A stretch of DNA of 64,000 bases from Phoronis australis. Lineage: Eukaryota; Animalia; Phoronida. A program made the position numbers and the translations under genes. Location: contig NMRA01000531.1 of assembly GCA_002633005.1 (NCBI GenBank), positions 2,437-66,436 of the forward strand, in the 5' to 3' direction. The notes beneath the pieces were generated by a model that worked only from the letters and a program-made list of their open reading frames with translations, did no database searches and was not told the origin of the DNA. Shown here piece by piece: positions 36,132-48,918 of this stretch (position 1 is the first letter of the stretch; every line of letters starts with the position of its first letter).

Positions 36132-38360
36132 CTGCAATGACAACATGTTGGTCACAGTCACATTGACTTTACAGTAAAGTCCTGCCAATTTTGGACAAAA
36201 GAGTTCCCAAAATTTCCCTTTTTATTTTCCAACGTCTTCCAACATTGTTGTGAGTCCCACAGTTCTTTGAAATATTTTACAATCGTAGCTATGATACAGA
36301 ACTTGAACATGGCAAAGCATTAATCTGATGTTACATACTTTTATGAAAAAAAAACAAGAGAACATAAAAACTTCCCTTGTCCGCCATATTGTGTCCGAAA
36401 TTAATAAGACTTTACCATGAGTTACTCCTCCATTTTGTTGGCGTCCGGTGAGTGGTAAGTAACAAGTTGAACTAACAAAGATTTGAAGTTTCTAAAGTGA
36501 TGTAACAATATTTGCAGCAAATAACCACAAAATATCATAATTATTTCCTCACTGTTAGACAATCAAACACGATGAAAACAGAAATGTTGATTTCCACACG
36601 ATGTTTCCTAGTATGCTACTCCTACACCCAGAATTTTAAGCGATTATAACTGTCAACAGCCAACGTCATGTTAGTTTCAACCAATGTAACAATGGCAACT
36701 CTGTATTTGTTCTTGTGAAAATAAAGACAAAAGTAATATGGAAAGACAAATTGTTAATGAATTACATGAGCCATACTAACTGAGTGTAGCCACATACAAC
36801 AGTTCTCCACTTAATACATATCACATTCCGACAAATTCCTCCATAAAAACAAACATTAGGAAAATTGCATTTACTACGCAAGCCAACACTTATGTGCCAG
36901 CCAACTAAGGCGACGTCTTACATGAAAATGAGAAAATTGTCGTCTATGGTTTGTACAATGAAGATATCACAACACCACTTTTTATAAAATTTTTCCTCCA
37001 CAATTAAAGTAATCAGCCTTTGAAAACGGAAAAATGACAAATTTGCCAAATATTTTGGTGCAAAATAAGCGGAGATTTACCATAATCAGAAGCACTACAA
37101 AAAGCCAAAATAGGAACAACTTTAGCCAGAACACCGTTTCAAACATTCCATTAAATTATTGTGTGACACTGCTTTCCTTCAACAAGTCATATCAATGAGC
37201 TGTAGAAGCTCTCTCCCTCATTTGTCTTCACATTGCTACAGCAACCCTAACAAATGACTTGTCTCATGTTACTGCTGCTTTTGTCAATCAGGGAATGGTG
37301 ATCTAGTCATAAAAGGGTTACTTCCTGATGTTATTTGGGCTGTGTTGTTGTGTACACCAAGTACAATTACACATTAATCAGACAGGCAAGTGCTTCACAA
37401 GTATACTTATGTAATCTAGCAATATGACAGCCATTTAAGCCATTGTGGGTACCCTGGGTGGAGTTGAAAAGTTGAATGATGGCATTGAACTCCTTAACTA
37501 TGGGATACAATTCACTGTTTTCATTCTATAAGCAAGAATTATTTGGCACAAATGCAAGCTGTCTTGAATCTGTGAAACATAGGCCAAGCCTTACCACTTT
37601 GAAGTGGTAAATAAAGGACACTTTTGGTTCTAACAATGAGTAGAGGAGCCAAGGTTAAACCTATAAGCACAAGCACTAAAAGAGTATCTCCAGGCAAGCA
37701 GGGGTTTCACAACAGCTGGAGGTGGTGAGGCAGAAGGGAACATAAAGGATTACTTGCCCTTTGCTCACCTACTAAAACTAAAACTCAAAGCTGGACTGCA
37801 TTCCAAGGCTCGAGGTAATCGAGAAAAAAGCTAATGAGATGACGTGCTTCGCTTGTCATGCATTGTGTTATCTCATGAAACCTTGTGTGATCTTGTGTTT
37901 TTCTGACTTTGTTGAATCTACAGAACCCATGCAGGTCCCTCAAACAAAGAATCAAAGTTAAACTTGTCCATATTATGACGGAAAGAAGTTTCATACCCCA
38001 AAAGACCACTCAAACAATTAGAATTAAACAATGCTACCAGTTGAAGCAGAGGTATGTATTGTAGCGATCCCAAGTTGACCTTTTAATTTGGTTTGAAGGC
38101 AGAAACCATTTACTATTATGGTGGGAAAGAGTTGACACCAGTTTTAAAAATTAATCAGCTCAGTTCACAAGTTCCATTTATATGCCTTAAGTAAGAAGGA
38201 AAACTCTCTTAAAGAGGTGAATAAGACCACACACAAATGGATCTATGAAAAGGTTTTATACTAGTAAGAAGAACAAAATTAAAAAGAAAAATAAGACATC
38301 TGTAGGAGCTTACGGGTATTCCTGAACAGCTTATCCAATTTTATTATCGGTGAAGAAAAC

Positions 38361-38537
38361 AAACAGTCCATAAAACAAGTCAATGACAAAAACAGTCCAT
38401 AAAACAAGTCAATGACAAAAACAGTCCATAAAACAAGTCAATGACAAAAACAGTCCATAAAACAAGTCAATGACAAAAACAGTCCATAAAACAAGTCAAT
38501 GACAAAAACAGTCCATAAAACAAGTCAATGACAAAAA
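38361..38537. repeat. 29-bp minisatellite, 6 identical copies
   Basis: Unit AAAACAGTCCATAAAACAAGTCAATGACA, with CAGTCC at 38364, 38393, 38422, 38451, 38480 and 38509. Confidence 0.97.
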
Positions 38538-40080
38538 ACTCAAATTTCTAAGTTGTTCACACATTGGTATCAGCAAGCCAAATGAGTCAAGTATAACAAA
38601 GGAGAAGAAAACTATCATTACGCTCATTTTTGTGCATTCTTGCGAATCTGCTGTCAACTCCAGTGAAAAAGGCACAGTACAGAATGTATGAACCAGAACC
38701 GACTTTCTTTGCTAGTCTACAAAATAATGAATAACCTTTGGACTGTTTTATGTTGCCAGAACTCTTGAGGACTTGTCAGTGGCAGCCACGAAAGCTTTAA
38801 ATTGAAGAATAAATATTCAACAAGGCAGCGATATGTAACAAGTTGAACATAGTCAATGTTCTCCCTATTCAAACACCATGCATTTCTAATATTATATAAA
38901 GAGTTCTGCGTCATGTTCAGATATCTTGAAAAGCTCTGAGCCACATTTAAAATATTGATCCAACTTTGTAAAACCAAGGTAAATGATCGGTAGTTTTACA
39001 AAGCGGTATTTATTTTTATTCTCTCACAGTAAAAATAAGTCTAGAGTAAAATAGTGAAAACATGTAACTATTAACAGCTGTTTCTATGATGCACAAAAAT
39101 TTCCACCAGGTTTGATATTTTCCATGTGAGACCCGTGATATAACTTAATGTGAACAAACCTCAAGCAGGAGAATGCACAAGACTAGCCGACAGGAAGTGA
39201 TGTCTACATACAATGTGGACATCACATCATGCTAAGCACGGTGTAAGAGGGAGGTAGAAAACAGCATTTTCCCATATACTGATTATATACTGAAATGAGG
39301 TGCTTGCTAGATGGCCAACGAGTACTTTGTGACCTAACACTCAGTGCAACATTCAGTTCAAAAATGACTTAGATTGAGATTTGAAAGCAGTGGGATTTTA
39401 TAGCACTTTTGCTAATTAAATTCTTTGTCGTCACCATTCAGTCAAATTACCGCTGTTGTGCAGTACGGTGAGTAAAGCACTCGAGTAATACTTGCAGCGT
39501 CGGAGAGGCCATAATTGAAAGAAGTTGCATTTTATCTCCACTAGAATTTATAACTTGGCCTAGCAATACTTAAACTCTTACAATGGGTTTCATACTATGT
39601 GATGTCTAGAGGACAACTTTTTGAACACAGCTAACAGGAGAACACAGTTGGATTGAACTGACAGTAACACAACATGCAAAGCTTGATTGGTATCTATCGC
39701 CACAATTCATCATCTTGAACATGTATGTTTTGACACTGAAGGACTAACCGTCACATAGGATAACAGGTATGCACAACACAGTTAGGTACAAAAGGTATTT
39801 TTGACAAACTACCGACAGAGGGCACAATTAATTATTAGATCAGCTATCAAATAAAAATGTAACTCTGAAACAAAGAGCAAAATTATCAAATTGATAACAT
39901 TCCTAAAGTGAGTAATACGCTAATAAGCAGAGCAGAAAGCCATTAGCTGATTTTCATCTTAAAAGATAACATTTTAAATCTTGCAGTTGCTATGACAACA
40001 CAGTCACCTATAGTAAGCACAATATGCCTAGTATGTCATCCAACAGTCACATGCAGGTATAATGGAGATGCTGTCTTTAC

Positions 40081-40104
40081 CTGTGTTGAAGAACTTTGCC
40101 ACAC
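40081..40104 (-). CDS. DOP1: Candidate 24-nt frame-preserving DOP1 microexon (adds CGKVLQHR)
   Basis: Long polypyrimidine tract with a TGC motif, then AAG|GTGTGGCAAAGTTCTTCAACACAG|GTAAAG. It is stop-free in the phase-2 frame of the host intron. Confidence 0.45.
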
Positions 40105-41167
40105 CTTTCCCCATGAAAAAGAGGCAGAAAGAGGGAAAGGAACAAACAAACAGAAAAGAAATGAAATATTTTAGCGAGTTAAGTTTTTTTCAACCTAAAA
40201 TAAAAAAATAGTTCAATCCACCCAAGAAGCAACTGACACAGCTAAAAATATTCATTGCTTAGATTTGCTGACATGAATCAGCACACTTGCTCAACATTCG
40301 ACTATGATGACAAAACTTAGAGAGAGAGCCCCAAAGACCCTGTTGGACTCGGTCAAAGGACAGTTTGATCAGTTCAGAGGATTAAGTGCTTATTGGTAGT
40401 GAACTTGCTGTAGTTATTCAGTGGATTGGTCACCCGCCTGTTTCATGAAAGTGACTTATTTAAGTCACACGTTTGGTCTTACACTCAACACAGCTATTTC
40501 TGAGCAAAAGTGCAAAGTCTATGGAAATACAACATACCTACTACATACTGGGATAATTTGAATGAATGATTTGTAGACTGTGATGCCCTCATAATTATTT
40601 GGCTAAAACTTCATTATACAATTGTGCTGTGGGAGCGTAAGACCACATTTAAGTCTTAGGTGTTGAGTCACTTATTGTGACACAGACCTCAGGTGAACAC
40701 CAATAAGTTGTGATGCAATAAACGTTTAGCTTACTTAGAATTAATCAACAAACACTTTCTTGAAGCTTCTATAAACCATGCTCTAGAGACAAAAATAACA
40801 TTCTTCACAAGCGTACTAAAGACTAGCTTGAATTGAAAGCTGCTACAATATAATGCCTGGAATTTCCGTGATGACTACACTGTTCAGCAACAGAAATTAG
40901 ACCTCCATGACAAGCAATCACCAAAAACCACCATGTCCAGCTCTTCTTAATATAGAAAACATTTCTAATTTTATTAAGAAACAAGGCGAGACCTATTTTA
41001 TCATGGAAAGCAGCGTAAATACTGGAAAGTTGTTTTTGACAGAAGGCACAGGTTTGTTGCCCCTTAAATCAAATGAGGGTCAGATCTTGGCTATGTTGGT
41101 AATCACCCTTGTGAAATTCTTGGTCGACTTAAACAGCTTGAGTTTATTGTTAGACACATTTACTTAC

Positions 41168-41223
41168 TTAGGGTCATCCCCATCCACAGTTAACTCCTGC
41201 TCAATCTGAAGTAGTACGTGGAC
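41168..41223 (-). CDS. DOP1: Dopey/DOP1 coding exon
   Basis: CAG acceptor and GTAAGT donor. Reads VHVLLQIEQELTVDGDDP (cf. VQVFLLMEQELTADED). Phase 0 in, 2 out. Confidence 0.92.
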
Positions 41224-42075
41224 CTGGAACATGTATAATGAATGTGCATTCTCACGAATGAGACAAAAAGTAGGCTTATGACATGGGACTAATGACTTTT
41301 ATTGCACTAGGGCAGACAAGGGGTCAACTTCACTTTTTGAAAAATTTCTTACTGTAGCCCAATACTGCGAAGCAGTACATTATTCCTAAAAGCATTATTA
41401 GCACAAGCTCCATCTAGTGGCTGGTCACAGAACCAGACAATAGACAGATGGCCATACTACTTTCAGTGTGTGAACAGGTGCCTGGGAATTCCAACTTCAA
41501 GTTCATCGATAGCAAACTCTGAATTCATTGCAAGCCATAAATTAAAGCAATTATATTATGTTACAATTGCATCAGCGCTCCCACTGGGACAATACAATTA
41601 TCAAAGCGCGTTGATATGTCTTCGAATTGATAGCATGCAACGCTAGAATCACCACGATAGCAAGAGCTTAGTACTTATTAGTGCACAAAGTGTTTACAGA
41701 GAAAAAAAGAATAATTTGAAATAAATGTTCCTTCATCCCTAGAACCATATGGGGGGGAATATAGCCCCCCACTTATTTCAGTGCTGTGCCATCATGATAA
41801 GGCAAGCTAGAAACTCATCATGTCTTCATGCCAAATGACTTTCAAACAAATGAACCTTAACTGAGAACATGACCTTTCACAATATTGAGCCTTCATATTA
41901 TTAAAAGACTGTAACCACTTAAAAACTAGCTTTATACTATTTCTATCATTGATCACTGATGACAAAACAAGGAAATAATCGTAAAATGGCCAAACACCAA
42001 CTTAAAGATCCAAGGAAATGCCTCACATCTCCGAGAAGGTATGGTAGTTGATTAGCTTAGTTACACATCACGTAC

Positions 42076-42212
42076 CATTTCTGTAATGATGGTGGGCCAG
42101 AGGGCGACAAGATTCTTGGGCGAGACTCTCAGGATGAGAACACGGAAACACAGGAAGACTTGGGCCTGCACCACTGGTACCTGGGGTAGGCGAAGACTCT
42201 CAGCGAGGCGCT
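42076..42212 (-). CDS. DOP1: Dopey/DOP1 coding exon
   Basis: CAG acceptor and GTACGT donor. Reads RLAESLRLPQVPVVQAQVFLCFRVLILRVSPKNLVALWPTIITEM, the highly conserved Dopey C-terminal block. Confidence 0.97.
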
Positions 42213-42581
42213 CTGTTGGACAACAGCAAAACAATTAAGGAGGCATTTTAGACAAAGTTCTGGACATCAAGATTCGAGTCGCAGACACTAGACATGCCAC
42301 CAAGCATTCTAGTGCTAACGTGATAATTATGTTCAATTTCATTGCAGCGTTTTTGTCGTTCAGTAACTTTTCCAGACGTGAGGAGTGCTGAACTGGTGCG
42401 ATAACATCTGGCTCTTTTTCTAACTGCCGAGCTCAGTCTTTTGTCCCGTATGACAATAAGCAGGCCAATTATCTCTCAGGCTTCAAAGGAAACGTATGGT
42501 GGTTGCACGCTATTACCGAACGCATATGAACACAATCAAACCCAGCGCGTTGGTAATCTGTTTGGACAGAATAGATTGTTT

Positions 42582-42895
42582 TAACTTCTGTCTCTTGTAG
42601 TTGGGCGATTTTGGTGATTCAAAAACGGATATGGTCAGCATGAGGAATTCAGAAATGCTATTGGTTTAAGCTCAAATATGTTATAACTTAACTTTCATTT
42701 TTATCAGCCCAGCCCAGTCAGGCTAGATACGATCTGATCGGAGATTAGAGCAATTATCAAACAAAAGAGCGCAGGCCCTCCAACCATAAATGCCAGAATG
42801 GAGTTAATCAGTCGTGTAAGATATTGGCTACCGGGGGGGAAACTTCCCAACTTGTTGTTGGGCTACAGAATCGAATAAGTTGGGAGCAACGGGAT
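42582..42895. repeat. Dispersed ~310-bp repeat, copy 1 (partner 50476-50787)
   Basis: Shared blocks TTGTAGTTGGGC(G/A)ATTTTGG, CAAATATGTTATAA, AACCATAAATGCCAGAA and AACTTCCCAACTTGTTGTTGGGCTA. Confidence 0.9.
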
Positions 42896-43259
42896 GTCGC
42901 TGTCATATTACATTGCTTTCTCGTTTGTTGGTTATAACCTGTGCATTGCATTTAACCAAAAAGGGCAAAATAATGACACGGTCACCAAATGCAGGTTCAA
43001 CTGAAGCCCAATGAGAATTATTTACCATATATGCCAACATCTAGGTCCCAGTGCCTGTATGTAAGCATGCCCCTATATTTGAATCTTACAGGCACATGAA
43101 TAAAACAAAGAAACAACTCTAACAGCATGTAAGTGCAATCTGGATCGATTTATGACAAATTTTGACATGTTACTAATTGGAAATTCAAACTTATGACTAA
43201 ATAAAAGACACATTAACAGGTTTAATTTTTGAACTCGAAATCAAACTTAGAGTTGACAT

Positions 43260-44070
43260 TGTAGACTCCGGTGACTCAAAGTCGTGAATAAAAGCATAAA
43301 AAGCAGCTGATTGTCCTACTACCCAATGTCCGTTAGCAACTGCTCATGTCAGATGTCATGAACATGTATCAGCCTTCACAAATATACGTGTTTTTCCAGT
43401 CTTAACTCGTGTTTGTCTCCGTTAGCAGAGTTTTGAAACAGTCGCTCATATCGCCAGCCATTTTGAATATGGCCCTAAAGTCATGACCGTTTCGTTTAGG
43501 CGGAAATGAACAAAGTAAGGACACACAAATCAACTACAGTGCTTACAGTTACTGTAGACGAAATAAAAACGAACTGCATTGTTTATTAATTCAGTTTCAA
43601 TTGAAATAAATTATTAGGTGTTTTGCACCCAATTCCAATGTGCACAGACATTTTCAATGAGGATGTTTACGCAAAACGTTAAGAACCCAGCTTCAATTAT
43701 CTCTCTGTATTTTATTGCTTTGGCTTTACAAAACTTGATCGACCCTGGGACATTTTGATACATTGTTCAAGCTACCCCTGGAGCGCGTTTGAGCAAATCT
43801 GAACTATGTATATTTTTGAAGATATATTCTGAAAATGCACAAAAGTGGATTTAGTAAAATTTGCTGCTTTTAAGAAACATTTGAAAAAAGAAGCCACCCC
43901 CTCACTGTTTATTATCATATTGTGAATATCAACATGTTCGGGTATTCGTTTGACATTCGTAAGCAGACGAACGCTGGAAATTAAAACGCCAGATGTCTTG
44001 GGACCGTGCAGAAGAGGAAATAAGATCGTTCACGACTTTAGGGCACTCACGACTTTAGGACCTCCTACGG
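43260..44070. mobile_element. Degenerate Tc1/mariner-pogo-type MITE
   Basis: Right end ...TCACGACTTTAGGACCTCCTACGG followed by TA. The left end has a decayed TGTAG...AAAGTCGTGA counterpart, and CTAAAGTCGTGA-like motifs are repeated. Confidence 0.5.
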
Positions 44071-44741
44071 TATGTCCTGCTTTTAGTAACAGCATAAATA
44101 AGTGTCTATTATTCTAAGCTCGAGTACTTTTACGCTTACGCAGGTAAGTTTCTAGTTCAAATTTGGAAGTGATGATCCCTGGATTTGAGCTACGAACTTG
44201 AATAAAAAGTTATAGCTTTATGCTGGGGTCATCCAGAGCAAACTAGGATTAGTCATCCCTCTAAACCATAACACAGGAGTACAAAATTATGGACACTTAT
44301 TTTGAGTTTGCAATAAAGTAGAAAGGAAAAGCCATAAATAATTATTTCAACTTTCATTTTGAGTAGACCGCAGGCCCAGGTTTAACACTTATGTAACAGT
44401 GGCATTAACCTCTCCCTATGACTGAAGCAGAACACTTGAGTAACAACAACCATTTGAACAAGAGCAATGCTGGGGTGTTGACATGCAACCACTGTGCATC
44501 ACTAGGGGTCAAGGTAAGGTAAAATAAGGCTACTTAACCAATTTCACCACAATGTGTAGCTGCAGTTAGTTGACATGTGCCCACAATGCATAGCAAACGG
44601 TATGCTTCTGGTGTGCTTACAAAATTCATGAAATACAATGATACAATCTGATCACTGGTGATAGGCACAAACATGACAGATGAGACTAGTTCAGAGTGTA
44701 TGATCCAAAATTTGGAGTCAGAATTTTGCACTTCCACCTAC

Positions 44742-44897
44742 CTTGGATGTCGGGCAACGATTTGTCAAACTGATCTGGGTTACTGCAGAAGATGACAAAT
44801 GAAAGCCTCTTCAGGAGCTGTGCCCGCTGTTCAAACTCTGCCTCACGATTACTGAACAGGTTGAGTGAGGTGCCACTTGGCGCCAGGGCAACGCGAC
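44742..44897 (-). CDS. DOP1: Dopey/DOP1 coding exon
   Basis: CAG acceptor and GTAGGT donor. Reads RVALAPSGTSLNLFSNREAEFEQRAQLLKRLSFVIFCSNPDQFDKSLPDIQ. Confidence 0.97.
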
Positions 44898-45614
44898 CTG
44901 AAAGAGTCTCATTTTGTACCTACTAAGGTGATGTGTAGCTTGATTTCTGAAGAGATGGATAATTCATAAAAATGAGACACAACAGGTAGTTACAACACAA
45001 TTATTGTTTACCATATGGAATGTTACAAAAAAGCTAGTATTTCAAGGAATTGGTATAAGGTTATGTAGGACCTTACCAACAAGCAAAATCCATACGAATA
45101 ATTTGTTGATCCAAAAATGCACAGCTGTGGGTGTGTCGCACAACGCAAACGCTGTGTGTCAAAAGTGGCTGAATCACATTTGCATTGATTTTATTAACTA
45201 TTTCTGGCACCCTTGGTCAAGTGAAATGATTAACTTTTATGTACAGGATCTGAGATCAAAGACCAGCAGACATCTTGGTATTTACGCACCTTTGTCAGAA
45301 AGAAAAAGGAAAGGAACATAGTTTACTCGGAGTGGTGGACATTTTCGGAACTCACTGTGTCAAATGTTTGGCTGCTATTTTCATTATGATTTCATGTTTA
45401 CAGAAATTGACTGAAAAAGTTCCAAAATGTATTTTATGTTAAAGTAAAATATGTGAAATTGACCAAAAGTACCTTAAAGCAGGTAATTTTCAGCTTTAAC
45501 AGATGCAATAATTTCAGTGACTCAGTTGTAATAGGTTGTCCTAACGTACAGACTTTTACAATAATGAGTTTTCAGCAATGAGACAAACATCATTAATTCA
45601 CTAAACACCAAAAA

Positions 45615-45891
45615 TCAAATAATGGTGTGAAAATTAGGCATTCAACACATTCATCAAATAATAGTGTGAAAATTAGGCATTCAACACACTCATCAAATAA
45701 TGGTGTGAAAATTAGGCATTCAACACACTCATCAAATAATGGTGTGAAAATTAGGCATTCAACACACTCATCAAATAATGGTGTGAAAATTAGGCATTCA
45801 ACACACTCATCAAATAATGGTGTGACAATTAGGCATTCAACACACTCATCAAATAATGGTGTGAAAATTAGGCATTCAACACACTCATCAA
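45615..45891. repeat. 39-bp minisatellite, 7 copies, overlapping a DOP1 exon/intron junction
   Basis: Unit TCAAATAATGGTGTGAAAATTAGGCATTCAACACACTCA. The last copy overlaps the exon end at 45885. Confidence 0.97.
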
Positions 45892-46096
45892 GTCCTTGAA
45901 TGTCGTCTTATCCTGCGTCATCAGATTGTCAATGACGACACGCCACGCCCTCAAACTAACTGCGTCCATCTGGAAGAAGCTAGGGTCAAGGTAGAGGTCA
46001 AACGCTTCCTTTTTCCACGCTTTCCGAGTGTAAATATACCCACTGAGTGAAGACAGGATCTGAGAACAGGCGCGATAACTCGCCAGATTATGTAAA
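45885..46096 (-). CDS. DOP1: Dopey/DOP1 coding exon
   Basis: CAG acceptor and GTGTGT donor. Reads LHNLASYRACSQILSSLSGYIYTRKAWKKEAFDLYLDPSFFQMD...WRVVIDNLMTQDKTTFKDLM, a signature Dopey motif. Confidence 0.97.
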
Positions 46097-46792
46097 CTGA
46101 AAAAAGAAAAGGCATGACTGAAAGACCCGAGTCTTTAGCTGCTCAAGATAGGTCACAATGGTCTAATGCATTAAAACTAAGCTGATACACAAGCAAAGGT
46201 CATGCAGCATAACTTTTAGAACTCAATCAGCACATTTTGTGTTTTGATAAATAAACACATGAGCAAATACACTAAAATTTGCATACCGGTATTAAATTGG
46301 ATACATTCGGAACAAGAGAATTAGTTTGAAACGAAATCATATTTCTCTGAAGGTGCCAATAAATGGAGTGCAACAAAGTAACTAAAAGGACATTGTTTAT
46401 GCAAAGCAAAAGACTAAAGTGATCACATTGAAAATGTCACAGTCATTCAAATCATGTACCAGGGCTTCATTGAGAATGACTTTTAAGTTGGAGTATCATC
46501 AAAAACACTGCACAGCAACAAACTCCATGCTTGAGCATGACACAAGTCACAGTTGAGAGATACCATACAACTTGGGACCAAAGGGAAAATAGTTAACAAC
46601 AGATATCAATCCTTTTGCCCAGGTTTTGCCCGTCTTAATTAAATTGGTGAACCCAACAAACAGGACTTCAAAATCTTAAGTATGGTAAATTCCATTGGCA
46701 AGATTTTAAATTTTTAGGTGTACACATTCTACATAACTCAATTTTACAAGACGTAACATTTAACTTTCAGATTAAGAGATATGTGAACTAAC

Positions 46793-46997
46793 CTGTGAGT
46801 TTTCAAGTATGGGAAGATATTGTACATGACAGATGTTGTCAAGAATGTAACCATTTTCTCCTTCTCGTCGCTCCCATAAATCATATCCAGTAAGGAAGCT
46901 ATGACCTCGGCTAATAGGTTCAATGCCTGCACACTGTACTGACAATTAATGTTTTTACTTTCTGTGCTGACAGGTTGCTCAGGATAGCCGTTAGCCC
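46793..46997 (-). CDS. DOP1: Dopey/DOP1 coding exon
   Basis: CAG acceptor and GTTAGT donor. Reads ...[48 protein letters not shown]. Confidence 0.96.
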
Positions 46998-47149
46998 CTG
47001 CAAACATGAAATACACTCTTTACTGTCCGTTGTTCAAATTTATTTTCCAACAAAACAAACATGGTTTAATCACAGACCATAATGAGAACGCACAGTAGTT
47101 GGACCTGTTTGAAAATCCATTTCAGTCATGCTCTTGTCAGTAGGGACAC

Positions 47150-47680
47150 ATCTGTCAATTTTCATAATGATCCTCAGCGCGGATTTGCAAATACAAAAGC
47201 AGATGACAAAAGCAAACTAAAAAATAATTAAAATGGCCACTAGTTGGTGTAGAATCCATCGAATCTATTAAAAAAGTAACAGTACTGTTGTCTTCATAAC
47301 ACAAATTTGTTTACACCCATTTTCATGAAAAAGCATCAAGGAACTCTGAAGCTCCAGAGGCAAACAAAAAATAAAATTGCCTCTGGGAAGCACAGCTGTA
47401 GTTGGATTGGTCTGAAACTGGTCGTCATCTGTTGCTATCTCCTTAGGAACACACCTGCTAAATTTCAGAAACATCTTGTAAAGGGTAAAGGAGATAAAGC
47501 CGTGAAAGCAAACAATAAAATTGCCACTGGGGGGTATCAGAGTAGCCGAACATGTCCGAAAATCAATGTCAGGCTCAGTCTTCTCATCAGGAACTCATCT
47601 CCAAATTTAAATAGTGATCCTTTGGTGGATGCAGAGAGTGATGCCAAAAACGTACTCAACAGTTTTAAAATGAACACCGA
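47150..47680. repeat. Decayed fragment related to the 34265-35531 satellite-like subunits
   Basis: AAATGGCCACTAG and AAATTGCCACTGGGGGG cores at similar spacing. Confidence 0.55.
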
Positions 47681-48706
47681 GTGACGCGTCATCTTCTTAA
47701 TACAAAGCAAAATTTCATGATAATCAAAACAGCCACAAGACGTCGAATCTATGTTGTACTTCAATACTGAGACCACTACTACATCATTTGCTGGCGTGCT
47801 ATCATTGACCCTTAGACATTAGTAACTCACAGCTATTTCAAGAACGGTAATTTGTAGCGAGAAATGGAAGGCAAACTCCAGGAATCCCTTGACACATGTT
47901 GTATTTGAATGTCATGTTGATTGGATGAAAAAGGCGACCTGTAGCATGCATGCAAAAAACTTACAAAAACTTCACGGAAAAGTAACATACTTGGAGAAAT
48001 TTCATTTCATTTCACCAAGAAATTTCATTTTGCCAAGTAATAAAATGGTGTTGCAACAATTGACCTTACATATTCCAATTTTGCCAAACCAGTGTGCTAT
48101 TACCAGCACACACAGGGTATGCAAATGGGCAATAGAGAACAAATTTGAACAACCCCTCATGACAATCCCAATGCTGGCATCCAGGCACAAAGTAAGGCAA
48201 AGAAGATTTACATTACAAAAGTATAATTTCAACAAAAAATGTCATAAGTACTAACTAGTTTAAATCACATTGCTACATCTCAAGGCAGATATTATCTCAA
48301 GCGAGCAAATAGGATCCTTAAGCTGTAAAAATGTAATTGCTGTATCAGGAACCCCTGTCAATGCTTCGAGTTTCGAGTCGAATATTGGCCCCATTCCCTC
48401 TCTGAAAAATATTTAAAAATCACCAGAAATTCCCCTCATCAGAATCAATAATTCCCCTCAACTAATAATAGTTAGAATCTCTTTATACTCACACTGTGGT
48501 CCGATCCAAGCAGTGTATAATGAACGGCTTGTAACGAGCACAAAACGAGGCAGAGTGAGAGGTGATAGGGGCCGGGGTTGATGGAGACAGGAGAGTGAGA
48601 AATTTTACCCTGACCTAAAAAAATCCCTGTTTAAGAAGCAAAGGCAGCCTTCTCAACAGGCGAGCGATAGCCCTGCCTGCCTTCCACACAAAACCCTGCT
48701 GCTAAC

Positions 48707-48918
48707 CTTCATAGGATTCATCCTCTACGCTACCATCAAGCACTCCGTGAACCCGTGGCTTGACTGCAAGGTTTTTCCTCAGCCAGGTAGTTGGTTCCAG
48801 GGACGATCCAGCAATAGTGCTGCAAGCCTCTAACAATTTCTGAGTGATATCTTGCAGGTCTTTTTGATCCTTCCTGTCTTCCAGTGTAGATGCTTTGTTG
48901 ACAAAAAGGTTAAGAATT
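48707..48918 (-). CDS. DOP1: Dopey/DOP1 coding exon
   Basis: CAG acceptor and GTTAGC donor. Reads ILNLFVNKASTLEDRKDQKDLQDITQKLLEACSTIAGSSLEPTTWLRKNLAVKP... (cf. IAGSSLEQTTWLRRNLEVKP). Confidence 0.96.

Noticed and set aside
37595-37660. Possible 66-nt cassette (poison) exon in a DOP1 intron (TAG|...|GTAAGG)
   Set aside because: It contains an in-frame TAG and has only moderate splice signals. It cannot be distinguished from chance without RNA data.
38314-38329. Possible microexon before a GTAAGC donor
   Set aside because: The available AGs give 8 or 16 nt (frameshifting), and the pyrimidine tract is weak.
45627-45899. Repetitive + strand ORF (KIRHSTHSSNNGV)n
   Set aside because: It is a by-product of a 39-bp minisatellite antisense to a DOP1 intron, with no independent evidence of coding.
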